Source of the DNA: Chara braunii
Taxonomy: Eukaryota; Plantae; Charophyceae
Direction: 5' to 3'
Length of the DNA stretch: 50,742 bases
NCBI GenBank assembly: GCA_003427395.1
Contig: BFEA01000012.1
Span: 1,996,089 to 2,046,830 of the forward strand
The notes under the pieces were generated by a model, which saw only the letters and a program-made list of their open reading frames with translations, made no database searches and was not told the DNA's origin. Numbering within the stretch: the first letter of the stretch is position 1; each line of letters begins with the position of its first letter. Shown one piece after another: positions 1 through 11,800 of this stretch. Both the position numbers and the translations under genes were made by a program.

Positions 1-2290
1 ATATCAGAGTGCAAAAGCGAAAAAAACAAAGGAAAAAAAAAAAAGATATCAATTAATTTTTTATCTTCTTACTTACAACTCCCCCTGTTCAGAACCTCTT
101 GCTTACAAGGCCGCCCACGTGGATATATATCATCACATAAATATCAGAGCGCAAATGCGAAAAAAAGGAAAACAGGAAAAAATGAATTCAGTCTTTTTAT
201 CTTCTTCCTTATGACTCCCCTTGTTCAGAACCTCTTGCGTATAAGGCCGCCCACGTGGATGTTGAGCGGCGGCTGCCCCCACCCCCGTGTGCCCTCTTCT
301 CCCTCTCTGCCTACGGTTTACCGGGCAGCTCTGTTTGACTATATATATATCGTCACAAACAGAACTGCCCGGTAAACCGTAGGCAGAGAGAGAGAAGAGG
401 ACAACAAACGAGGGGCTGTGACAAACTGTTATCGTCAAATAGAGCTGCCCGGTAAAGCGTAGGCAGAGAAGGAGGGAAGGGAGAAGAGGACAACAAACGA
501 GGGGGTGTGACAAACTGTTTGGTCGGAGTTTCACCAACTGACTCATCAGGAGGAGGCTGAACCCTCAAAAATAGTCTGCGGAATCCCCTAACGGATTAAC
601 CCCGGTTGTGGTTAAGCAACACCGACTGCCCGAGCCGAAGGTGGGCAGTGATTATATATTTATATATAAATATACATATACACGGGGGTGCAGGATCTAG
701 GCAGCAAGGGAGAACTGGACAGCACATGAGAGGCTTTGACAGACTGTAGAAACAAGTAAGGAAAAGTATGGGTGATCTTCCTCCCTTTGTTATTTGGTAC
801 ATTTGTTTCTATCGGCGGGAAAGGTACAATGGCCACTTATCGCGCCATTAAAAGGGAACACCATGGTGACCGCGCAATTGCCCTGGGCGCGTAACGTATG
901 TACTGGAACGACACTCATATGCGCCATATGAGGCTCATATGTATATGACATCATTGACATGTATATCTATGTGTGTCAGTGACAGCGAACGCATATCGCC
1001 ACGTGGGAAAGAGGGGAGATCAGAGGACAGAAAGGGAGGCTGTGATAGATTTTTAGCAGATAGTGTTGCCCACTATCTCTCCCTCCATTTCGCTTGAGTA
1101 TATAGTGTATACATATATTGTCACATTGTGAATCAGAGCGCAGAAGCGAAAAAAAGGGGAAAGAAAAAAGGAAAAGGAAAAAAGGGGAAGGGGAAGAGGT
1201 AAGGAAAGCTCCACCTGTTCATAACCTCTTACGTACAAGGCCAGCCACGTGGATGACAGGTTGAGCGCTGGCTGCCCCCATCCCCGTGTGTCACAAGGAC
1301 CCACTTGCACGCAGCCAAANNNNNNNNNNNNNNNNNNNNNNNNNNNNNNNNNNNNNNNNNNNNNNNNNNNNNNNNNNNNNNNNNNNNNNNNNNNNNNNNN
1401 NNNNNNNNNNNNNNTGCCCAAGGAGAGCTGCGCCAGCACAGCATTCTGCAGGACGGCTAGCACGAACCATCCCATCAAAACAGTCCTGACAGAGGACATG
1501 TTGTCCACACGTCAAAAACACAGCAGGACGTTCATCACAGTGCGGAATCATACAGATATATACATGTATATATAGTTCATCGAGCAAGACATAGTATAAC
1601 CAACCAGGAGCGCGTTCTACAGAAGAAAAGAGGAAGTAGTCGCCATATACGAACGGCAAGAAGAGAAGATCAGGGGGAATCCAGGCTGAAAGTTTATTTT
1701 TCTGCATAACATAGTTTTCTTTCAGATTACCTTCTTTGGTCCTTGCACGGCCGGGCCGCCCGGGCAAACAAGGTGCGGTCCTTTTTTCATAACTACATTT
1801 ATGTTTTGCGCAAGATAAAACTTTTTTTCATCAATTCGAAAGCGAGTTGTCAAGCGAAAATCTATCCTCCCATCATTCCGAATATAAAGTTATATCTATT
1901 TTTTAGATATATACAGTTTGCCACAGCCCCTCGTTTGTTGTCCTCTTCTCCCTACTGCCTACAGTATATTGTCACATGAATATCAGAGCGCAAATGCGAA
2001 AAAAAGAAGAAAAACAGGAAAAACTGAATTCAGTTTTTTATCTTCTTCCTTATAATATATATCGTCACACGAATATCAGAGCGCAAAAGCGAAAAAAAGA
2101 ACAAAAAAAAGAAAAAATGAATTCGTTTCTTAATCTTCTTCCTTACAACTCCCCCTGTTCAGAACCTCTTGCGTACAAGGCCGCCCTCGTGGATGTAGGT
2201 CGAGCGGCGGCTGCCCCCACCCCCGTGTGTCATATCGACCCACTTGCACACAGCCAAAGGGCAAAGAGGCAAAGAAGAGAGGAAGTATAT
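1..2290. repeat. Mosaic of short repeated modules (about 75-200 bp) joined at (TA)n tracts
   Basis: The module ATATCAGAGCGCAAA..GCGAAAAAAA..TCTTCTT..ACTCCCC..GTTC..AACCTCTT..AAGGCC recurs, complete or partial, at about 1, 142, 1131, 1980 and 2073. The module CTGCCCGGTAAA..GTAGGCAGAG..AGAAGAGGACAACAAACGAGGGG..GTGACA occurs at 351-423 and 432-512, with inverted partial copies at 293-339 and about 1913-1962. Confidence 0.85.
511..578 (-). ncRNA. Degenerate (probably inactive) type III hammerhead ribozyme
   Basis: The reverse complement reads CAGACTAT TTTTG AGGGTTCAGCCTCCTC CTGATGA GTCAGTTGGTGAAACTCCGAC CAAA CAGTTTG. It is colinear with the intact hammerhead at 24294, but GAAA has become CAAA and the GUC site is lost. 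Confidence 0.7.
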
Positions 2291-2932
2291 ATTTTATATG
2301 CATTAGCTCGCCATTTCTTTTATTAATCAGTCACATTCGATTAAACAGGTAAGCGTGATCTTCCTCTCTTTCGGGACAAGACAACCGCAGAAACGCAGGC
2401 GCGATAGGTAGCAATCAAATCCTTCACCGCGCAAGGAAATCGAAAACAGGTCCTTTCCGCAAAAAACGAAAAAGACTGACTGCAGGAAAGTAAAGCGAAA
2501 GAGGATGCGCTTTCTACCCAGGTCAAGACTTCTTTTTTTTTTGTTTTTTCGGGAGGGGAGGAAGAAGGAGGGGGGGGGGAGGTGTCAACCCGGGCTAGAC
2601 TGAGAGGACCCCGGCCTCAGTTTCTTAAGATTAATTCGAATCGAAAGTGTTTGATTTGTTTTCTTCTCTTTTGGTCTAGCAACAGGCAAACGATGCGGCT
2701 AGTGCAAAGTGTTTGATTTTATTTTACTACTCCCTCACAACAGTTATTAATTCATAGTTATGGTTTTTTTTTTTCCGGGTTGTTTGTGGAGAAATTCCCG
2801 TCTCCTTCTCCTTTATTATGATTATAATAATAATGAGCATAGGCTGCATAGCGTTCTTGTTGTGTTAAAATAAAAATATAAAAATAAAAAATAAAAAAAA
2901 CGATGGATGGTGGAGAGTAGGAGAAAATCAGA

Positions 2933-2941
2933 GCAGGATAT
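2933..2941 (-). other. U12-type (minor spliceosome) AT-AC 5' splice site
   Basis: The minus strand reads TTCG|ATATCCTGC against the U12 donor consensus RTATCCTT. The reading frame stops three codons later. Confidence 0.75.
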
Positions 2942-3059
2942 CGAACACTTCAAACGCGTCGAACCGATCAATAGAATCTTCATCAGAAGCTTCTGGTCTT
3001 GCTTGGCGAGATTTCCGTTCGTGAATCTTCGGATTCGGATTAATTAGCCCCGGCGTCAT
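2942..3059 (-). CDS. AE7: First coding exon of an AE7/CIA2-like (MIP18/FAM96, DUF59) cytosolic Fe-S assembly protein; remaining exons not found in the window
   Basis: The translation MTPGLINPNPKIHERKSRQARPEASDEDSIDRFDAFEVF(D) matches the recalled plant AE7 N-terminus (M..GLIN.NP.I...K.R........D......D..E.FD). It ends at a phase-1 ATATCCT donor. Confidence 0.85.
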
Positions 3060-3270
3060 TGTATGACTTGATGTCTCCGTCTCGAGAAAATCACCCCCCC
3101 TCCCACCCGCGAATCCGGCGACCACACCTCCGCCCCCGCCGCCCCCGCCGCCGAGAAGATCGCCCTCTACTCTCAAGCCCAATCCGCTGCCACCGATGAC
3201 ACCGCTGCTGCTAACGAAAGCGGCGGCCGCGGCAACGACAGCGGAGGACGCACCCTCAACTTCGTTCGCC
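3060..3270 (-). other. Probable 5' UTR part of the AE7 exon, preceded by a 3' splice acceptor
   Basis: The minus strand shows a T-rich tract, then TTGAC..TGTGCAG|GG at 3271/3270, implying an upstream UTR intron. Confidence 0.45.
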
Positions 3271-3918
3271 CTGCACATTTTTTGTCAATCAAAGCAACCA
3301 GATAAAAAGAAAAAAAACACCAATCAATGACTCTAGCACAAAGAAGTCCCCCGATCGACCAGGAAATTTAAAAAAAAAAAAAAAACCCACCAATTCGTGA
3401 CTCTAACACAAAGCAGTTCCCTGACAGCAGATAGTCCCACACAGAGACCACTACCGTCTTCAACCGAATACAACGTACGATCATTATTGCTGTATCTCGA
3501 CTGAAAGGTGGCCCAAATACAGCTACAATAACCGGGCGGGCGTTCTATGCGGGTGTAGACGGGTAGTTGGCGTATCAAGCTCAACCAGTCGCCCAGAAAG
3601 CAGTCAGGGCAGACTCACTCGAGAAGTTTCCTGGATGTATTTGACCGAAAGTTCAAGTTGACCTGGATGCATCGAGTCGCAAGAACGTCCAGGTTTCACT
3701 CCAAAAAGTCCCAGGTTGGATAAGCCCTCACTCGAACAAGGGGAGGAGTCGGTCACACAAGACACTACCGAAGAGAGCAGTCGATCACGCAGCTGTCGAA
3801 AACAGTCACACACGCAGCAGACGCGAATCAGACAGACAGAGTAGAAAAACCGCGAAACACAGGCAGCGGCGCAGACGTCTCACATCGCAGACAGACTCGT
3901 GCATTCTCACACTAGGAC

Positions 3919-3956
3919 CTGTCTCTTATACACATCTAGATGTGTATAAGAGACAG
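3919..3956. other. Nextera mate-pair junction adapter (assembly artefact)
   Basis: Exact CTGTCTCTTATACACATCT-AGATGTGTATAAGAGACAG (two back-to-back 19-bp mosaic ends), flanked by identical 154-bp copies at 3765-3918 and 3957-4110. Confidence 0.97.
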
Positions 3957-4264
3957 CTACCGAAGAGAGCAGTCGATCACGCAGCTGTCGAAAACAGTCA
4001 CACACGCAGCAGACGCGAATCAGACAGACAGAGTAGAAAAACCGCGAAACACAGGCAGCGGCGCAGACGTCTCACATCGCAGACAGACTCGTGCATTCTC
4101 ACACTAGGACTCTTTGGCCCGAACCTGGTCATATTTCTGGTCAGCTGCATCCAGGATAATCCTAGCTACTGAAAGGACATTCCACAAACATCCAAGAGAA
4201 AAGGCGGAGGAAGACGAGGAAGCGACTACTGTCGAGGAGACAAACCGCCGACCAGTCCTTATGC

Positions 4265-4304
4265 ACACACCAAGCCAAAATAGGGCCACACAAAACTCGC
4301 TCAG

Positions 4305-4401
<97 letters not shown>

Positions 4402-4434
4402 AAGCCAAAGTAGGGCCACACAAAACTCGCTCAG

Positions 4435-4487
<53 letters not shown>

Positions 4488-4488
4488 C
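4265..4488. repeat. Duplicated ~45-bp unit with compound (TC)n(CA)n and (TC)n(GC)n microsatellites
   Basis: ACACCAAGCCAAA.TAGGGCCACACAAAACTCGCTCAGTCCC occurs twice, each time followed by (TC)n. Confidence 0.9.
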
Positions 4489-5362
4489 CCTATCCCCAAC
4501 AACATCCCCTCTTGTATCCGCTACTACTACTCGGCTAATGCAATGCAAGTCCAGAGGCGAGCGCATTGGCGAGGGACGATACGCCGATATGCAATCATAG
4601 AAGCGGGGGGGAAGGGGGGGGAAGGGGGGGGAGAGGGGCTGTGGCATCCTGATTCGTCCGACGCTCACTCACTCATGAGGAGGAAGATTTGACAGTCGAT
4701 TACCCGCAGAACACTCCTGCGTAATGGAACTCTAAAATCCAGTAAATCGATACAAACAAACGCAGTAATCTGCCTCTAGCACAGTCGCAAGTGGAGACCA
4801 ACCACTGCCCTCCTCAAGGTCGGATATGATCGGTCAATTGACGCCTTGAGCACTTCAAGGTTGGGCAGGCAGATTACCAACCACACGGAGCTTCAAGGTT
4901 GCGCAAAACGTCACAGACTGTCTGGTCCGATCTGCGCTAAGCACCCACCAAAGACAACAAGACTAAGATCTATTGGAGCACAAATATAGGTATGTAGATA
5001 TAGGTATGTAGAACACAGCCGACAGCCTCCCTCCCCCATGCCTACAGTTACACTGAAAAAGCGTTGCTGATACCATTACCTTCCTCCCTCTGCCCACCTT
5101 GGAACCAACAACTCTTCGGTGCATGTGTGTGAGAGATCTTGTCTCTGTTGCACGGACTGTGAGTTTGTCTGTGCGCGTGCATTCGTGCGTGTGCGTGTGT
5201 GCGTGCATGTGAGTGACATGTGCGTGCATGTGAGTGACATGTGAGTGACACGTGAGTGAGATGTGAGTGCATGTGCTTATTGTGTTGGGTAATGTGTGTA
5301 GACGCGGTTTCACTCACTAAAAGAACGGAGAAGAGCCCGAGCCAGCATATGCTCGAGAGGCT

Positions 5363-5575
<213 letters not shown>

Positions 5576-6806
5576 GAGGAAGAGAAACAAATTGAGAGAC
5601 TGAAGTGATAAACATGGGCAGGAGTGAACAAAGCAGGGAAAGAAAGAAAAAGAGAAAGAAAAAGAAATAAAATGATAAGAAAGGGAATCTCGACGCAGAT
5701 CCACCTCAAAGCACGGACCGATGAGGCTTACATGGTTAAAAATTTCGTTTCAGCGACACCAGTAAATCGTCAATCTCGATGGCGGACTGATCGATCATTC
5801 ATTCAGAAATACTCAGACGTGCAATCGCCGCTCCGATGCCTCGATAAGAGCCACCCACCACAATTTCCCAGGCGGCGGGGCACCTGGGCGAGCAGAGTCG
5901 AGGAAAAGAGAGAGGGAAAGGGAGTGAGAAGGGGAGGGAGTGAGGGAGTGAGGGAGCGAGGGGGGAAGAGAGAAAGTAGATCTGTGATTGGCGGGATGGT
6001 CCACTTGTAAACTGAACCCAGTGGTATGTAACGTGAGACCGATTCCCCCGACAGCAACAGACAACGTGAACGATGCAGGCGGGAACGTGGTCGGCCTTGA
6101 TTCAGCTTCAAAATTTTCTATTCTCTCCCGCCGCTATGCCAGGTTGGGCTTTGTTCTGCGACTCCTTCAGGTCGGCGGGAGAGAGGTTTCGTCCTGCTGC
6201 CCGCATACGAGGAGGCGCCGTTTTCCTTTTCCGTGTTTGGCCACGTGGAGTTCGCTCATGACTCCCGCCCCCGCCTTCCAAAACCGTTTCTGTGCCCGCC
6301 AACGCGCGACTGATACGAGCGGGTCAGAATCCTCCGTCCATGCGCTCCACTGACAAGCTATCACCCCTCCCAACCCCCATGAGAAAGCTACTACGCAATA
6401 GCCCACAGCGAAGATCAGCATGGGCCCTGCGGAAGAACGAGGACCATAGTAACTGGGAGGGGCAAGTTCCCCTTCTTTTTCTCTTTCCGTCTTCTCTGAA
6501 TACCCCTAAAGGTTGAGATATAAGCCAAAATGCCCCTAAAAGATCTGTTTTCGGTCGGGATAATTTGTGAATACCCCTATAAGTTAAGGTATTTCCCAAA
6601 CTGCCCCTAAAAGATCTACGTAGAGCAGAATAAATGTTTTGCGAAATGCCCCTGGGATCGATTGGACCTGTCATCTTTGCAAAATACCCCTACCGGGCAC
6701 TATCCACGTTTGCCAAATGTCCAGGTACTTGCAAGCTTTTCCCAGGCCCTATGTATTTTCGTTTTACCTCTAGTGGCCCAGGTATCTTTGCATTCTGCCC
6801 CCTTGC

Positions 6807-6818
6807 TGTGTGTGTGTG

Positions 6819-6874
<56 letters not shown>
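6807..6874. repeat. (TG)n(AG)n microsatellite
   Basis: Seen directly in the sequence. Confidence 0.95.
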
Positions 6875-6875
<1 letters not shown>

Positions 6876-7392
6876 AGGGAAGCCGGATAGCAGGATTGTA
6901 ACGAGCGTGAGGCTGAGGGTGAGCCGAGGGAGAGGAGAGAGAGGGAGAGAGTGAGAGCACACACACACACTCACTCCCTCGACACGACGGACTCGGACTG
7001 AGGATCGGACGCAGACAAAGTGGCAAGGCACAAAGTCGAAGTCTTGGATTCCCGAATGCCGAAAACAGCAAGTCACACTGAGTACGAGTACAGCAGCAGA
7101 GAACTGGTACGAGACTCCCCCCCGTACCGTACGGGGAGCCGGTCATAAGTACCGGTGACACGTACGGTACCAGGGGCATTTCTGCAAAGGCCCCGAGGGC
7201 AGAACTGAAAAATGCAGTATTTGAAAGTGGCGCCCGAATTGCAGCATGGCGCCAGTTGTCCAAAATCCTACGGTACCAAAAGGAGGGGTTTGGAAAAAGG
7301 GTGCCAGGCCGAAAATGGGATGCAGCCGAAACAGCAAAAGATAGACCAGGGATCGAGCCCTGGCGAAGTCCGTAACAAGGATAGCGGGGCGG

Positions 7393-8318
7393 TGTCGGGG
7401 CAAACACCCTGACAAGGGTATTTGCCGAGGATTTCAAACGTCAGACATTGTCCGACTCTTTCGTTGAATTGAAGGACTCGATGAGACTTACATTTGTCAA
7501 ACGTTCATTCAGACTGACCTATAATCGAGAGACTGTAACTTTTAGAAACCTAATCCGGACACATGCAGCGCCCGAGAATGATAGCAGTAGTTGGCAGTTT
7601 TTAACGAGCCGCAGAAGGGCGTGGATGTGGAAACGCTAACGTTTAATCTATCCTACTTAAAACAACAGCAGCCGCACAATTCAGGGCCTAGACACTGCGA
7701 TACCAATAGCCACGTTATGCTTGCGGTCGCGGCGTGACGAAATAGAGGTCGTAAACGCCTAAAATTGTTTATCTCTTTAGATATGTGTGCGGGGCTTGGT
7801 TTTGTGCCGAGGGTCTGAAGCCCCGACATTGTGACCTACTAAGTTGGGTACTCGTCTGGTTGAAAGACGAGCAACTGGTCATGTGACAGGGGAAGATAGG
7901 CGGCGCCTACCATACCACCAAAGGGCGGCCCTCTGGGGCGCGGAGCTCTTCATAAGGAAGAGCACTCCTACTTCTTTCGAAGTAGGAGCTAGCCCTGTTG
8001 GTAACGTGTCAGCCTGATGTGTCATGGATTCATGGATCGAGACCAGCATACTGAAGGGCTAGTTCCTTTTGATGGAGCAGCCCATAGAAAGGAGAGTTCA
8101 GGCGCGACCGATTTCGGTCGTGAGATCGTTGAGATCGCGTGACCGAAATCAGCCGCACGAGATTGAGTATGATCCCTGCGCAAGGATGACACACATAAAT
8201 CTAGAAAAAATCCAATTTGTTTTTCGATCCCGACTGAGATTCGAACTTGGGTTTGTATTTCAACAGCTCGTGGATGTGCCACGAGCACGTGATATGACTG
8301 TTGGTTGTGGTCAAACAG

Positions 8319-8349
<31 letters not shown>

Positions 8350-8671
8350 CAGAAGTGACTTGTCACCTGGCGGGTAGAGAAGTGGTAGAGGGGCAGAGCC
8401 TCTGAAGATGTCTGTTTTAACAGGCAAACGTTTCATAGAAGAGGTAAGTTTTTTTTCTTTTATTTAAGTTTTTTTTCTTTTTTTCTTTTTTTTTTAAGAT
8501 TTCGGTGTAGATTCTTCTTTAGGTTTCTCTCCCTTCGTTTTAACGAACTGCGTGAGCGCCCGTTCGTTTTCATAAACAGGCTGCACAACTCACTAGCAGA
8601 CAGGGAATCTCGAACGAATCTGTCCCCAAAATAAAGACGTATACACTGCCACGCTTGTGTGCTTGTGTGTG

Positions 8672-8758
<87 letters not shown>

Positions 8759-8759
8759 N

Positions 8760-8846
<87 letters not shown>

Positions 8847-11800
8847 AAGTAGGTCTCCAATCTGACGGTGGTCTCAGGTTACTTCCATCGAGATGATGAG
8901 CAAAATCGAATGACTCTTCCACTAGAACATGAAAATATGCACTCCCACGCATTTGCCTCACCCTGTGTTCTACGAGTGTGCCCGTTCGTTTCGATGAACA
9001 GGCTGCAGGCAACCTTAGGCGAGTTTGTTTTTTTTTTTTTTTTTTCGTTTTTCATAATTCTTGTTAGATTATTTTTAAACTTTTTATTATTATTATTATT
9101 TTTTCTCTCCTGCGGGATACCCCCCCTCCTATTTGTTGGAGTGCAGTTGTTGCACCCGTTCATTTTAGAAACGGGTTGCAACACTCAACGGCGTGCTTGA
9201 CCTGGCGCAGGTTGCGTTCGGGTACTGGCGCACGAGGTAAGGGGACTAAGCCCCTGTTGAGTTTGACTCTAGTTCGTCTCTGTGAAATGATTGAGCCTGG
9301 AGGGTCGGCCATTCATTTGAATGGCGGGTTGAAGAGGAAGGTTAGGAAAAAAATAGGAGAAAGAAAAAGAAAAGAAAAGAAGAAAGGGAGAAAAAAAAAA
9401 AAAAGTAACCGCCGCGAATATGGTCGAGGTCACGAAACAGGTGCAGCCCCAGAAGGTTCTAGGGGTTGATGAAACTGCGCCTCTTCGTTTTGAGAAGGCA
9501 ACAGTAAAGTGACTGAGTACAACCATTTCCAGGAGCACCTGACCTGGGAAAATGGCCAGGTACTTCTAGGGGTTGATGACTTTGGTTCCCCTAGGGGAAA
9601 ACCAAGGCACTAAGCTCCTGGCTGTTGATTTAGATCAAGGGCCAGAAGCACTTACAAATTTTTCCTGGATGTGGGCAAAGCAGTTGCCACATGCCTTTGG
9701 CTGGCTATAAAAGCCTGCTCCCCACCCAACAGCCTCATACTTGTGGCAATGTTGCTGGGGCATTCTACTTGAGTAGACGCTGGCTGGCTGGCTGCTGGTG
9801 TCGTGAGGGAGTGCTAGCGAAGTGTTGGAGGCCTGCAGGAACACTTGGAAGTGAGGAGCGAGGCAGCCATAACCGATGTTGAGGGCATTCTGCCTCAGTG
9901 TGAGGCTGGTGCTGCACCTGTGGGATTACCCCTGGGACCTTCGTGGAACTAAGGCTTTGTACTAGACTGGTTGTAGCGGTGCGGTAGGCTGAACTTCCCT
10001 TTGAGTAGGGTTATGCTGCAGAAGTGCGGACGCGTCGGCGCTGTATTTTTTTGTGTGAGGTTGGGGAAATGTTGTCCGTTTAACAACAACAAATTGTTTT
10101 ATTTTGTGGGGCGGCATACTGCTGGATTGTTGGCGCGGTGACAACAATCAATTTTGTGGGGGAAATGCTGTCAGTTTTACTACACGATGTCAATATTTTC
10201 TTTGTGTAGAGAAGTGTTGTCTGGTTGACGACTTGTCAAGCGACACTATGTTCGAGGGGCAGTGCTGCCTAAATTTTGCATTGCAGTGGAGCCGTTTTTT
10301 TTGTGTGTGATTACACGGTGGTGCCGCACGGCGACGTGGTTCCTTATTTGACGACGCAGCGAGCGATGGTCGCGTCATTGTTTTTTTGGTGTGTGGCAGC
10401 TATGGCGGACCAGCATGATATAGAGGTTGGACTGACGCTGGTGCGTGGTTGGGATTGTGCGGCAGTGGTGCATGGACCGGTGGCATGAAGAGAGTGCGGA
10501 ATGAGTGCACGTGGCAGTAATTATTGGGTTCGTGACATAAGCGGTCTTAAGTCAGGGCCACCTTTATTTTTTTTACGACGTGCAGTGTGAGCAGTTTTGA
10601 GTTTTGGACCATCTGGTATTGCGGGCGATGGTATGTGACCGTCCGGAACCGTCTAGGACCATTTTTGGAACCAGGTGGGTCTGGGTTTCAGATCGGGGCC
10701 GACGCGTTAGCTTGATTATTGTGAGCAGGCATGGTGATTGGAGGCGGCGTGGACTTGCGATTGGTTTGGTTGGGGAGTATCCTTGATGGTTAAAATACAG
10801 TTTGGATTATGTTGGGACAGCTCGAGACGTTGGGGCCGGTCTAAGCAAGGGTCAGTTTTGGACATTATGACCACGTGAAAACTCATTTGTGGGAACACCC
10901 AGGATTATCTCGCTTAAGTTTTTTTGTGGTCCAGCCTCTGCTTATTCGGGTACTTGGAGAAAGAGGCAGATCATGATATATTGGGACGATCACAACTTGT
11001 GTAGTTGTGACCCGCATATTGTCAACTTCAAAGATGATTTTTTTTTTTTTGATTGAAATACTACTCGACTTTCTTGAGTGAGCCGATTCAAACATCACTC
11101 AAGGTCAGTTACTTGATTGAGTCAGACTTCCCTTCACACCTGTGTGAACCTACACTTTGCTTGACTCTGCTGTTTTGAACGTTTGAAAGAAAAGGTAGAG
11201 GAAAGTTGAGCGAGTCATGCATGTGAATGGAAAAATATGACTTGTGTATGCGAATGCATTGGTTTCCTTTGAATTTGATTGTTTTGCTTTGCGTAGGTAG
11301 GTAGAATGATGTTTACAAAGGAGATCGATTGTGCTTATTTGAGATGAAGAAAATGATTATCCTTCTTCTACCTTTTGCCTGCCTGCTTGTTAAAAGGACT
11401 TGTTGTTCTGAGAAAGGTTAATTCATTGCATGTCGTAAAATGAATTTGATTCAAATAAAGCAGATAAGGTCAAATGGACTTCACCTTTTCTCGAGGTCTA
11501 CCTATTCTATCCCGAATGACCTTATCTATCCGTACCTGTTCAAATGATTACCATTCTCCATCTCCTTCTGTTAATTTTCGTCCAAGCTACCCCGAACTTA
11601 TTAGAAATGAGAATATCTGAAAGCTATTTGCAGTGGACACATCCTCTATCTTCAGGAAGCATCTGGGGCGGGGCTTCGTTGTTTTAGGAGCCGACCCTAT
11701 TATTGACTCGGAGTGGACCGTTCTACGGGGGGTACTTGCCGATTCGATGGAGACGATCCGACTTCTGAGATCCGAGTTTTGTGCTCGGGCGAGGAGGAGG

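Noticed and set aside
1970-1992. TATCAGAGC after GTCACA as a tRNA-iMet primer binding site
   Set aside because: All copies lack the TGG complementary to CCA, and no paired LTR or polypurine tract was found. It remains only a weak hint.
3060-3278. Gly/Ala-rich N-terminal extension of the 116-aa ORF as part of AE7
   Set aside because: Family similarity starts at MTPGLIN, and the upstream ATG lies inside a probable intron acceptor region.
3919-3956. Tn5/IS50 mosaic ends suggesting a bacterial transposon or horizontal transfer
   Set aside because: It is the exact Nextera junction adapter with a flanking identical duplication, so it is an artefact.
7393-7828. TGTCGGGGC...GCCCCGACA as a 436-bp solo LTR
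   Set aside because: There is no TSD, the right end is not conserved in copy 2, and homology between the copies continues well beyond it.
8890-8915. ATGATGAGCAAAATCGAAT resembling a minimal hammerhead core
   Set aside because: It lacks C3 and the full GAAA, has no stems I or III, and the sister copy reads GGATGAG.
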